Shown one piece after another: positions 52,395 to 64,000 of a stretch of 64,000 bases of DNA (its first letter is position 1; each line of letters begins with the position of its first letter). The translations under genes and the position numbers were made by a program. The notes under the pieces were generated by a model. That model made no database searches, had not been told where the DNA came from, and saw only the letters and a program-made list of their open reading frames with translations. This stretch comes from Octopus vulgaris (taxonomy: Eukaryota): assembly GCA_951406725.2 (NCBI GenBank), contig OX597814.1, positions 133,672,001 through 133,736,000 of the forward strand, written 5' to 3'.

Positions 52395-53741
52395 TAGTTT
52401 TATTTTTATAGCGTGCTTTCACTTCACTACCGAGCGCAGCTCTGTGTGCCTTGGGTATGTGCTGTGATTTGTTGTGATGCTCTGATGGTTATTGTATGGA
52501 AAGTGTTCTGCGTAGGATGTGTGCAGTGCCTAGTAGTGCAATTTTCTGTATGTTATATGTGTCTGTAAGTCCTGGTGTTTTTGTTATGTATTTGTCTGAA
52601 TATTTTTTTATCATGCCTAATGCACCTACTATGATAGGAATTGTTTCTGTTTTCAGATTCCACATTCTAGTTACCTCTATTTCCAGGTCTTTGTATTTTG
52701 AGAGTTTCTCCATTTCTTTTAGAGACACGTTGTCATCTGCCAGTATTGATACATCAATTAGAAAGCATTTTATTTCTTCATGATCTCTGACAACTATATC
52801 TGGTCTGTTGGCCTTAATTTCTTTATCTGTGTGTATCGGCATATCCCAGAGTATGGTTGCTTTCTCGTTTTCTGTGACCTTTTCTGGTGTGTGCCTATAC
52901 CATCTTTTTTCTGTTGTTATTCCATAATGTTGGCATAGCTTCCAATGTATGTAGGTTCCAACTCTGTCATGTCTGTGAATATATTCCTTCTTATCCAGGA
53001 CTGGGCAGCTAGAGATAATATGATTTATTGTTTCTTGTCCATCTCCACATATTCTGCAGTTACTTGTAATATTTCTTTTCATTACATGTTTTTGGTAATT
53101 TCTGGTGGGGAGGCTTTGGTCTTGTGCTGCAATTAAAAATCCCTCTGTTTCTGCTTTGAGTCCTGAGCTTCTCAACCATTGCTGGGATTTTTCTTTGTCT
53201 ATTTCTTTTGCGTTTAGTTTAGTGCAGTATTTACCATGAAGGGGCTTTTCTTGCCATCGTTTTATCATGGTTCTTTGCTGTTCTATTTTTAGTTTGGATT
53301 TCATTTGTTTTATAGCTTTTGTTGTTTCTTCATCATCTTCTTCTTCTTCTTCGTGTTTATTAGGTGGTATGATTTCTTGTTTGTATTTGTCAGCTTCCTT
53401 AAATACTGAGAACAGTTTTTTGTTTTGCTCGTGTTTTGCTGCTATCTGGATCAGTTTTCCTTCCTTCTGAAGTAGATATTTTTGCAGTCCTATGGTGGTT
53501 ATTTTATAGTAGTTTTCCAGCTGTATAAGGCCTCTACCACCTTCTATACGTTGTATATATAGTCTTTCTATGTCAGATTTTGGGTGATGCATCCTAGATC
53601 CTGTCAGTATTTTTCTTGTTTTCCTATCTATTTTGGACAGTTCATTTCGTGTCCAGTTAAGGATATTGTAGCTGTAACTGATAACTGGGACAGCTAAAGT
53701 GTTGATACCTATTATCTTGTTTTTAGCATTAAGCTCTGTTT
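52392..53741 (-). mobile_element. 5'-truncated Dong/R4 copy, near-identical to 1203-2547, with an open frame and (TTA)n tail at 52296-52391
   Basis: ORF 52489-53592 matches the C-terminal half of the first copy with only a few substitutions. Confidence 0.93.
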
Positions 53742-53772
53742 ATTATTCTTCTTCTTCTTCTTCTTCTTCTTC

Positions 53773-53840
<68 letters not shown>

Positions 53841-53887
53841 GTTGTTGTTGTTGTTGTTGTTATTATTATTGCTGTTGTTGTTATTGC

Positions 53888-53918
<31 letters not shown>

Positions 53919-53952
53919 ATCATTAGTAGTAGTAGCAGTAGTAGTGGTAGTG

Positions 53953-53987
<35 letters not shown>

Positions 53988-54039
53988 TGTTGTAGTAGTA
54001 GTAGTAGTAGTAGTAGTTGTTGTAGTAGTAGTAGTTGTT

Positions 54040-54095
<56 letters not shown>

Positions 54096-54131
54096 TGTAG
54101 TAGTAGTAGTTGTTGTAGTAGTAGTAGTAGT
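53742..54131. repeat. Compound trinucleotide array (TTC)(TTA)(TTG)(TAG)
   Basis: Read directly from the sequence. Confidence 0.95.
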
Positions 54132-54185
54132 ATTTAGTAGCCTTCTTTTTATCACGTGCTTTCACTGCACTACCCAGCACAGATC

Positions 54186-54190
<5 letters not shown>
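54132..54190 (-). mobile_element. Diverged ~55-bp 3' tip of the Dong/R4 family
   Basis: tttttatcacgtgctttcactgcactacccagcacagatctttgt versus tttttatagcgtgctttcacttcactaccgagcgcagctctgtgt at 52403-52447. Confidence 0.8.
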
Positions 54191-54248
<58 letters not shown>

Positions 54249-54834
54249 GACATTACTACTAATAATAATAACAAAACATTTGTATATCGGATTGTTTCGT
54301 TTCAATCTAAATTCAATAAAACAGTATACATATCAATTATTTTGTAGTTGTCAAAAATGTTAATGTTTGTCACTTAAAACTTATCACGTTTTAGATACTT
54401 ATAAAACCAAATCAATGATTTTCTTACAAGATAGATAACTGCACCCACAGTAATGTCAATAATCTTCGTATAACCATCACAGTCTGATCACCATATGTTT
54501 CATTCCAATCATTGCATGATTGCTATCTTCAAAACAAGTAGTAACTGCAATGACAAAACACCCAATGTCAGAGGTTTTTCGTGGTAAATTTAGATACAAT
54601 CTGTATAAAGATTTGTAATGCGCTGTTGAGATTTGTATCGTCCAACAAAATAAATCTTAGGTGCGTAAAAATACGATAAATCCAATATCTATTTTTAACT
54701 TCGATGTAATTGCATGTTATGGAGCAGTCAAACATACATACATACATACATACATACATACATACATACATACATACATACATACATACATACATACTTA
54801 CATATATACATACATATATATATATATATATATG

Positions 54835-55516
54835 TAAAACAATATGTACAGGTGTCAATTCATTACAGCCGTTTCAAGCGACTCCTTTAATTGATTAATG
54901 AAAACATTACATCATTTAAAAGAACCGTTCTCGTCAGATGACCGCATAGACTTCAAACATAAAGTATATCAACATTTCCTTAACATATTCACATCAATAA
55001 TGGAACTATAAATATTTACATTATTGCTTTTGTCATATCTGTGGCAGAAAGAGTTTAGAAAATAATGCACACCTCGTCAAGTCTACTATAATTTAGAGAG
55101 TAACAAAGAAAATAGTGGGGAGTCAGGATAAAGAGAGTGGTGGCCTAGTTACTAAGACTTAGAATATTCTGTGTAGTATGTAGTCTTCAACCATTTAAAA
55201 TCAAATCCATTGAGAGTTGTCCACTGTATTCTAATTAACGGTGATAAATCAATTAATGTCACACAATCTACTAAACTCTTAATGTCCTAGAACCATATAT
55301 CTAGCTCCGTCTACTCTGTCGACAAAAGAAACAATGTAAATATTCTGAGTTCCATTATTGTCGTGAATATGTTTAGGAAATGGTGGTATCCTTTATGTTT
55401 GAAGTATATGCGATCATCTGACGAGAAGACTTTTTCAAATGACGTAATGTTTTTATTAATCAATTAAAAGAGTCGCCTGAAGCGGCCGTAATGAATTGAC
55501 ACCTGTACATGTTTGT
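54835..55516. mobile_element. PLE cassette with diverged ~190-bp inverted pseudo-LTRs, each with a hammerhead motif
   Basis: Arms 54844-55035 and 55321-55510; hammerheads at 54860-54941 (-; UCAU-CUGACGA..GAAA-C GGCU G-UA-AUGA) and 55414-55494 (+; GAAG variant, loop GGCC). Confidence 0.78.
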
Positions 55517-55862
55517 AACTCATTTATATTTTATTCACCTAACTTGGAATCTGCACTTCGGAAATACTATAGAAAGTGCTTTGATAAAAGCACATATCTG
55601 AAGTACCAAAAGCGGATATCCTCACTTAGCTGGGTTGCGTTTTCTGCACACACGGCAGGAATAACAGGTACGAACACCCCTGCATGGAGTTTTGATATTC
55701 AATATTCAATTAATTTTGTTTGGGTGTGCGTATTATGCCGACCCAAAAAACCTTAGCTATTTCTTCTACTTTAAAAAGGGACACCCAGAGAAACCAAAAT
55801 ACTTGAAAACAATTCACATAAGTAGAGAGGAAAGCAACGAAAATCAATGAATATCTGGTCAT

Positions 55863-55943
55863 CCATGGACGCGCGTTTCGGAATTAGATCGGTATAAAGA
55901 ATATAGAATTATACTTTACCAACCCTTTTCCTCATCAGCATGG
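55863..55943 (-). ncRNA. Fully canonical type I hammerhead ribozyme motif
   Basis: CCAUG-CUGAUGA-GGAA..UUCC-GAAA-C GCGC G-UC-CAUGG; all core nucleotides intact, GUC triplet, extended stem II (GGUUGGUA/UACCGAUC). Confidence 0.9.
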
Positions 55944-56127
55944 CATTCCTCAATAATTAAATATTGAAATATTGAAATATCTCTCCACCTAACGGTATCA
56001 GACAGATCATATTCAGTGTTAGTACCGCCGAATTCAAAATATGAATGAAGTTTTTCATGCCGAATTCTACTTGGTGAAATTATTGATTACTTGTTAATTA
56101 ATTAATTTTACCCTTTGTTATTATTAT

Positions 56128-56180
<53 letters not shown>

Positions 56181-56183
<3 letters not shown>

Positions 56184-56377
56184 GGTCCCGGGTTGATTCG
56201 GGGTTAACCACAGTAAGTAAGGTACTCAATACATAGCAGAGTAAAATTAATTTATTATATAGAAGGAGTTCTACAGGACTAGTACTGTTCATTCAAGAGA
56301 AATCTTCAGGAAGCACTGAGGAGCTTCCTGAAGATTTCTCTTGAATGAAGCAGTACTAGTCCTGTAGAAGCTCCTTC

Positions 56378-56385
<8 letters not shown>
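56181..56385. mobile_element. (TA)n-flanked mini cassette forming a ~60-bp-arm hairpin, with degenerate hammerhead cores
   Basis: Arms 56254-56314 and 56322-56385; cctgaaga-tttctcttgaat-gaa in both arms. Confidence 0.65.
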
Positions 56386-56418
<33 letters not shown>

Positions 56419-56485
56419 CATACACACATATATATATATGTGTGTGTGTGCGCGTGTGTGTGAGTGTGATATGTATGTATGTATG

Positions 56486-56519
<34 letters not shown>

Positions 56520-56968
56520 TGTATGTATGTATGTATGTATGTATGATCATAAAAAGTCAGTAGTGTGAAATAAATATATTTATTTAATCATTTGTCAACC
56601 TTAGGACCATGGCCTTTTGGCAGCCTTTATTGGGTAATAATATTTTCAGTGGATATAAAATATTTTACCATACACTAAAATTATTATTACATGCTGAACG
56701 CTGCAAAACGACCGTGCTCCAAAGGATGACAAGTGATTACATAAATATATTCACCTTTGACACCTCCTGTCTTATTATAGGTTATATATACGTCTCATGA
56801 AATAATTTCAGCGATTCATTATCCTGGATTTCAGCTGTACAGAATGTATTATACTCCACCGTATTGAATTACTACGTGATCTGCCAACCGGGTCCGTTAG
56901 AGGAGCTTCCCCTGACTGCTACACAAGATTCCATATATTACAACACAAGCTTGTACACACACACATAG

Positions 56969-57346
56969 TAATAGTTATCGCCAAGCTAATATGGCAGTCC
57001 AGAAATATAGGACGAATGCTGCCGTTGATTAGCTCCAAGAGGCCATCGCCTCTAGTTATGTGCCACACGAACCTTTGTCCATTATAACCTTCGAACAGGG
57101 GAGGTCAGCCGCTTCTCCTTGCTGGTCAGGCATCTGCAGACTAATTTCAGGGTATTTGCCCCTTATCAATACAGAGCAGTCGAACCCAGCAGGCGTCGCT
57201 ACTGACAGTCTGTTCGAAGGATTATTTACTTATATTCAGTGGAATACATCCACTGGTTTTCAAAAATAGAAATATTAATATTTCTAAGTCTCTCTCTAAA
57301 GGAGACTACGGCAGCGGTGCTGGATATTAATAGTTATCGCCAAGCT
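56969..57346 (-). mobile_element. PLE-like pseudo-LTR bounded by a 19-bp direct repeat, with a degenerate hammerhead
   Basis: taatagttatcgccaagct at 56969 and 57328; minus strand 57134-57174 reads CUGUA-UUGAUAA-GGGG..CCCU-GAAA-UUAG-UC-UGCAG. Confidence 0.6.
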
Positions 57347-59140
57347 GCGTCTTCTGTTGCACGTTGTCAAAGGTTCAACTTCCTTTCAAGATCTTCGTGC
57401 CGTTAATGGCCATATTAATGGCCAAAGAGGCCTGCTCTAAATTAAGGTCATCTTGATAACAATGACCATTATGACCTTGCCCTCTAAGAAGCATCAATGT
57501 TGCATTCCCTCATTAATCTTCGTAAACTTTCGCCGTTATGCTGGTGTACTGGAAGAAATATGGCGACAGCATGTGCTTGGACATCCTTATGCAACCTCGT
57601 TACGCATCAACTGACATGACTTTACAGTTTACAACTGCAATGTACAAATGTGGACTCATACTTCTAGAAGATACCATTTTGGAAATGGGTGGTCGTCTCT
57701 TGAACAACAACTATGTCGAATCCCCTTACAGAGAAAATGAGGCGCTGTTTAATCGGCACTGACTAAGGGAGACATACTATGACGCTGCCAGGCTTCTATC
57801 CTACGTTGAAGAAAGAGAACAGTTTTTGACAGTGCTTGAAGACACCACAGATGGCATCTTCTTCCTTGATGCGTCAGGTGGCACAAGAAAGGCATTTCTC
57901 CTCAACCTCCTTCTTGCCAAAGTGGACAGATTACCATTGCAATAGTGTCTTCAGGAATAGCATCCACATTGCTAGACGGTGGCAGAACAGTCCATTCAAC
58001 ACTTAAGCTTCTCCTTAACATCAGACATGTTGAAAATCCTACCACCAGTATAAACAAGAATTCTGATGGGGCAGTTGTCTTTCAAAAATGCAAATTGATT
58101 GTCTGGGACGAGGGAATAATATCCCTTAAGAATGCACTTAATGCAATCGACACATCGCTACAAGAGATGCGCTACAACTCTAAACAGTTCGGAGACGTCG
58201 TTATTCTTCTTGCTGGTGACTTTCGTCAAACCCTTCCTATTATCACAAAAGGCACACCAGCTGATGAATTAAACGCTTGTCTTTAAAACTCTCATTTCTA
58301 GTGCTCTGTCTTGTCGAAAATGTTGACCATAAACATGCGTCCCATTCTCCACCGACAAGATTATGACAATTACTTTGCTTCAAAGTAATTGATGTCGAAA
58401 ATGGGAGCTTACCACTCGAAGTAAACGATTTGGCTGACATAAGTACCATCCGTAACTACGTCTCCAGCTTTAAGGAGCTATGCACAACAGTTTACTCCAA
58501 CCTCTCTACCAATTACGTTAGTCATGAACGGATGTGTGAAAGAGTCATCTTAACTCCAACAAATGCCACCGTCCAAGCCCTAAACACATGTCTGCTTCGT
58601 CAACTTCTTACCCAAGAACGATGCTATGCTTCGGTTGATTCAGTTACTTATCCAACACAAGTAGCGTTTTTCCCAACAGAGATTTTAAACTCACAAGAAC
58701 CATCAGCATTGCCAGCGTGTAAACTTGGCCTTAAACTTGATTGTCCTATTATACTCTTGAGGTTGTCCTGTTATACTTTCCTCGGCTTTGCAATGGCGCT
58801 CGATTGGCTGTTAAGCAAATGTTGGAAAACGTTCTTGAAACCACAATCATCACAGAAAAAGGCACTGCCGAATCTGCTTTTATTCATCGAATTCCACTTA
58901 TTCCGACTGACTGTGTTTTTGCGATGATAAGAGTCTAATTCCAGATTCGATTAAGTTTTGCCATGACCATTAACAAACCCCAAGATCAGTTACCAAAACT
59001 GGTTGGGATGGACCTCAATACACCATGCTTTTTCACACGGAAAGCTGTACGTGGGGTGTTCCAGAGTTGGAAAATCGACGAATCTATTCTACTATGCTCC
59101 CGAAAGATTGACAAAAAAAAGTTTACGAGACAGCCCTCCA
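57345..59140 (+). pseudogene. Helitron Rep/Hel fragment (PIF1-like helicase) with many stops and frameshifts
   Basis: LRLLLHVVKGSTSFQDLRAVNG; FFLDASGGTRKAFL (decayed Walker A); SSGIASTLLDGGRTVHS; LIVWDE; LAGDFRQTLP; LCNGARL; FAMTINK; HGKLYVGCSRV. Confidence 0.92.
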
Positions 59141-60001
59141 ACAGATATTCCGTTGAGTTGAAATCCTCTTCGGGTTGGCCTTTATTGCTCTTACTTACTC
59201 CTCACGATAGGTTACGTTAATCTTCCAACAAATGCCCGTTGTTAAATTCAAGCATTTTCTCATTTCAATGCACAGCTTCCTAGATGTCTCAGATAATTTC
59301 ATATAGCAATTAAACATATTGCTTACAGATTGCCTTCGTGTCCATGGAAATGTTGTGTATGCATTTTCTACCGATTGTTCAGCCAGCCAGTCAATTAAAC
59401 AGCATTCCGAACGATAATTTTTCATATTTTCACATTTTAATACACGACATCTGCAAATAAAACATGTTCCTTTTTGAATACCACTTATTTTTTATGTAAC
59501 GTCTCAACTATGTCAGCTAATCCTCAATTTTAACCATAAACAGAAACGGAACTACACTATTTTAGACTCCAGCTCTTTCACCAACTTGCACCGTCTAATG
59601 GACGGGGGTGACGTATGTAACTGTGTGCATAAATTTTACACATTAGGAAACGGGTCAAATCAACATTCAAGTCGAAGTAGAGGATTCACCATCCTTGTTA
59701 ACATTTAAGTTTTTAATGAAAGTTCATATTCATCTCACTGTATTACAGTAAATTAAGAAGCACTGATATACATACATAAAACAAAACGTACAAATCTGCA
59801 CACATACATATTAAAATAGCCCGTTGATGCTGTTGAAATTCCATGAAGGTACCTTAGATCTGGGTTAGAAATCGATTGTTTCTCTATTGGCAAGAAATCT
59901 TGAAATACAAGTGAATAATAACATACACACACAAAGAGAACAAATCGAAACGTGTTGTACTTAATAAAGTCTAATACACTTTCCATCTATTTTATTAGTA
60001 C

Positions 60002-60092
<91 letters not shown>

Positions 60093-60097
<5 letters not shown>

Positions 60098-60291
60098 ATC
60101 CAAACATGAAAACACAAAGAGAAAGCACAACAACGCGAGGACGTGGAACAAACATAATATTATTGGATGGTCAGGAAGGAAGGGAAGAAGGAGGGTTTTA
60201 CGTTTCGAGCGGAGCTCTTCGTCAGAAACATAGGAAAAGGAAAGATCCAGAGAAGGGAAGACAGAGGAAAAAAAATCGTCAACGGTACACA

Positions 60292-60293
<2 letters not shown>
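60093..60293 (-). mobile_element. (TA)n-flanked PLE pseudo-LTR with an ultra-minimal hammerhead (60195-60229)
   Basis: GUUU-CUGACGA-a-GAGC UCC GCUC-GAA-ACGU-A-AAAC; related termini at 23621-23832, 25380-25575 and 62950-63035. Confidence 0.72.
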
Positions 60294-60339
<46 letters not shown>

Positions 60340-60417
60340 TGTAAACAAAACCGAAGGCTTTGTAAGTTACCGAGAAAGAGCGACTGTGAACGTCTTTTTT
60401 ATACTGTAATAACTTTT

Positions 60418-60475
<58 letters not shown>

Positions 60476-60514
60476 TGTTAATAACAATAATAATACATAT
60501 GCTCCCCTATAAAT

Positions 60515-60737
60515 CGACATTTATCTAAACAATTGACTGAAAAAGGATGAGCAAAGCCAGTCCACCTATCAACGCTAACACGGCTCCTTGTGAATCCGAT
60601 TGGTCTAATACACTCATTCGTGAGCGTATTGGCCCAATCGGATGCGCAAGGATCCATGTTAGCGTTGATAGTTTGGTTCGATTCTGGCTTGGGTTAGCTG
60701 TTAATTTTTCAGTTAATTGTTTATTAGATAAATGTCG
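60515..60737. repeat. Palindromic foldback element with a 4-nt loop
   Basis: cgacatttatctaa..ctatcaacgctaaca..atccgattgg..ctca-ttcg-tgag..ccaatcggat..tgttagcgttgatag..ttagataaatgtcg. Confidence 0.85.
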
Positions 60738-61001
60738 CATTAAATCAAAGCAATATATATATAATCGTTTTTTTATTTTTATTTTTTTATATAGACACCA
60801 GATGAAATCCAGAGGTTCTCAGTATAGAAACCCAAAACAATAGTAGTTTTAAGAAATAGTAGAAGTTGATGGTTTGCACTTTTACCTTGTATTTCAATAT
60901 TTCCTCTTTTTGTATTGCGAAGAGATTTCTGACAACACCATTTCTCCGGAAGTTTCTTCTCTGTGTGTTTGTATGCAATTTATATAACGCATACGCGCAG
61001 A

Positions 61002-61061
<60 letters not shown>

Positions 61062-62320
61062 TGTATTACCAACTTGCTTTGGCTCTCAGCTCCTTGACTG
61101 TGTCACATGGCATGACCTAAGGCGTGTTTTGAATATATTACTTGAGGAGGCAGTGTCAATGCCTGCGTATGTCTAACGGCTGCTGGTTTTTTGTAGAAGA
61201 GAGTGAGACAAACACAAAGACGTGAGAGAACACTTGACTTCAGTTTATGACTAGTATTTCCTTTTTACTCCCCACCCTATGTATAAATGATAAGGAAGAA
61301 TTCAACGGAGCATAAACTCGGAGCGAAGACAGCCCGACATATTACCGCTGATCTTAATGTTTCTATCTGAGCTAAATTAACTTCGACAAATTTCAACCTA
61401 AGTATACGCACGCGGGAGTGCATGTGTGTGAGTGTGCATGCATATGTGTGTGTGTGTGTTTGTATATGTATGTATGTGTGCACGTGTGTGCGTGCGTGTG
61501 TGTGTGTGTGTGTGTGTGCGTGTGTGTGGGTGCAATGAAACCAGATTGTCATTCCTACATTGGATCTATAGGCGCTCTAATCTAATCTTCGTATAATCTT
61601 CAATATATTTTTTTATCCACTTTGTCATACGTACCAACCATTTAATATTCCAGAACTTGCAACTGACTTGGAATAAATCGACTTCATGATTTTTATTTTT
61701 ATCTTTTACATATATATTCGCAACCTGTATTTACCATAAGCGTTAATGACCAGAAACATTCGTATTACGCCTGGACTTATTTTGTTGATAGATTTAATTA
61801 CAGGTTTAATAATGACAGCTATGATGGTAACATGAAGCATTCATTCGAAGCTGTTGAACACAGCTTATTGGGGAGAAAAGCATAATTACTACCACGAGAT
61901 ATAGAAGATAAGCGACAAGTACTAAATTGAAACATGAACTGGTTATAATTATCTCATAAATGAAACTTTAAAGAATATAAAACTTATCTACAAAACGATG
62001 TACTTGTGAAATTATTCTTTTGCTAACAACAGAATCGATAAAAGCTAAATATAAACATGTAAAACTGCTTTTTCTGATCTTGCTTCCCAGATGGGTTTTT
62101 TTTATACATTATTCTTAGATTGTTAAAGTGATACTGAATCGCAGCTGGCTAACTCAGTAGAGTATCAGGCTACATGAGAATTAGTCAAGGAAACGCTACT
62201 CCCTCCCTGTGTTTTTACAAGTGCGAACATACAAGCAATGACATGTATATAAACACGCACATACATATGCACACCCAGATATGTGTGTGCATATATGTGT
62301 ATATATATATATATATATAT

Positions 62321-62512
62321 TTGAAATGAGGGTGAGAAATTAGATATTAATTTAATTAACATCTATTTCAACCAGTGATCTAGCGTATAAAAAAAATTGA
62401 AGGTTCAGTAAAATTGTATTATATAGATATTAGAGGGAAACCACTATGTGGACACCCTTATGCTAGAAATAGATCCGCTATGGTCTTACCACTAAGTGGT
62501 TTCCCTCTAATA
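62321..62512. mobile_element. (TA)n-flanked short cassette with a terminal hairpin
   Basis: atattagagggaaaccact / agtggtttccctctaatat; the left end resembles 6910-6980. Confidence 0.55.
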
Positions 62513-63340
62513 TGTATATATATATATATATATATACATTCACACACACACAAGGTTGCGAATGTAAAATCTAGATGAACGTAAAAACATACAAATCGTT
62601 CAGTTGTTGCTCAGTTAATGTCAAGCCTAATAGCAATAACTGGGGGCACCATAGTTCGCTTAACTAGGGAATTGTGATTAGCTGAAGCATAGTGGGATGC
62701 TGTTGGTTTATCTTTTTTTTTTTTTTTTTGAATGAATTTCTCGTGGTACCATTTGAACATCATAGGCGCTTCTACATCTGCGTAACTGAGTTGGCATCGT
62801 AAGTACACAGTGACTTGACAGTGTATATGTGCGCTCCGAAGGAAGATATTTAATACGCACACGCACATATATATATACATAGATTCACACACACACACAC
62901 ACACACAAACACACATACACGTACACACACATATATATATATATATAATTTTAATCCAAACGGGAAACAAAAAACAACAACAATGGAACAATTACAGTAT
63001 TATTATTAATAGGCGCTCAGGAAATGGAAGCAGGGATATATATATATATATATACGTGTGTGTGTATGTGTGTGTGTCTGTGTGTTTGTGTGTTTGTGTG
63101 TGTGAGAGAGAGAGTGTCTAATGATGAAGCCAAAACGAATAATGATAATTAAAATCATTTAATACGTACGTTTCAGGTTTGCATAATATATAATCGAAAA
63201 TGTATTCTTCACGTAAATATTGCTCATTTGAAACCCAATCTAAACTAACCGATCTTGTACCATCAAGAGCAGTTTGGTATATTTGACTCGGGTCGAAAAT
63301 TCTGACGCTCTGCAGCGCTTCTTCGCAAGAAACGAAACAC

Positions 63341-63499
<159 letters not shown>

Positions 63500-64000
63500 A
63501 ATAGCAAGCCAGAATGGTTTATTTAAACATACCCTATGTTTAGAGATGTAGCAAATAAAATTTAGCAACGCGAATTAAATTTTTTTTCGTTTAACCAACG
63601 CTCAGAAAGTTTCAACATCGCGGTACATTCCTCTCTAGTACAGCAATTTAATGAGCAGAATTTGTAACTACGAGGCTATATGTTATCTATTATACTTTGC
63701 AAATGCATCATGTTTACACCTTCCTTGAATACAGATGTATACGCTGTACTATGCAAAGACGCTTCGTGTAATAATGAATTTAATAGGTTTCGTTTCTTTT
63801 ACTTCCAACATACCATTATAGGACGCATTAGCGCCACATTATCTCATTTCGGTTGCCTACAAACTTGGGCAATATTGCCTTGCCTATATCATCAAGTTAG
63901 AAATATAGAAACAGCAAATCGCTGGACCTGCATATTTTATGTGGTCACATTTTTAATGTTATCAATTCAAATAATATTTAGCATACTCTGTTAGGGACTT

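Noticed and set aside
52496-53470. Antisense ORFs over the Dong copies (also 589-2447 on the minus strand)
   Set aside because: Shadow frames of the retrotransposon ORF; they recur only because the element is duplicated.
57945-58927. Host PIF1 helicase gene
   Set aside because: It has a Helitron-specific upstream motif, no introns, a decayed Walker A and many stops and frameshifts.
63155-63225. Hammerhead-like GAAA-C GUAC G-UA on the minus strand
   Set aside because: The CUGANGA half and stem II are not convincing.

Overview
This is AT-rich, microsatellite-dense, repeat-dominated eukaryotic DNA with no host protein-coding gene that I can support. The SINE families and the (TA)n/(TATG)n/(AAT)n load suggest a cephalopod (octopus-like) genome, which is an inference. 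Recognisable transposons: several R4/Dong-type RLE LINE copies at (TAA)n, a CR1-group LINE 3' end, two RTE LINE fragments, Tc1 and mariner relics, Merlin-like and MULE-like MITEs, a degraded Gypsy LTR element with integrase upstream of RT (Gmr1-like) and a tRNA-Pro primer-binding site, a Helitron helicase pseudogene, and many tRNA-derived SINEs. The main hidden layer is invisible in the ORF track. Many cassettes between (TA)n tracts are Penelope-like element (PLE) remnants, often with inverted pseudo-LTRs, and two carry GIY-YIG endonuclease frames. They hold roughly 15-20 type I hammerhead ribozyme motifs. Several have complete cores with a minimal palindromic stem III and a long stem II. Three cassettes sit inside the internal microsatellite of one bipartite SINE family. 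All alignments and folds were done by eye, so element boundaries are approximate unless a TSD or TIR is quoted.
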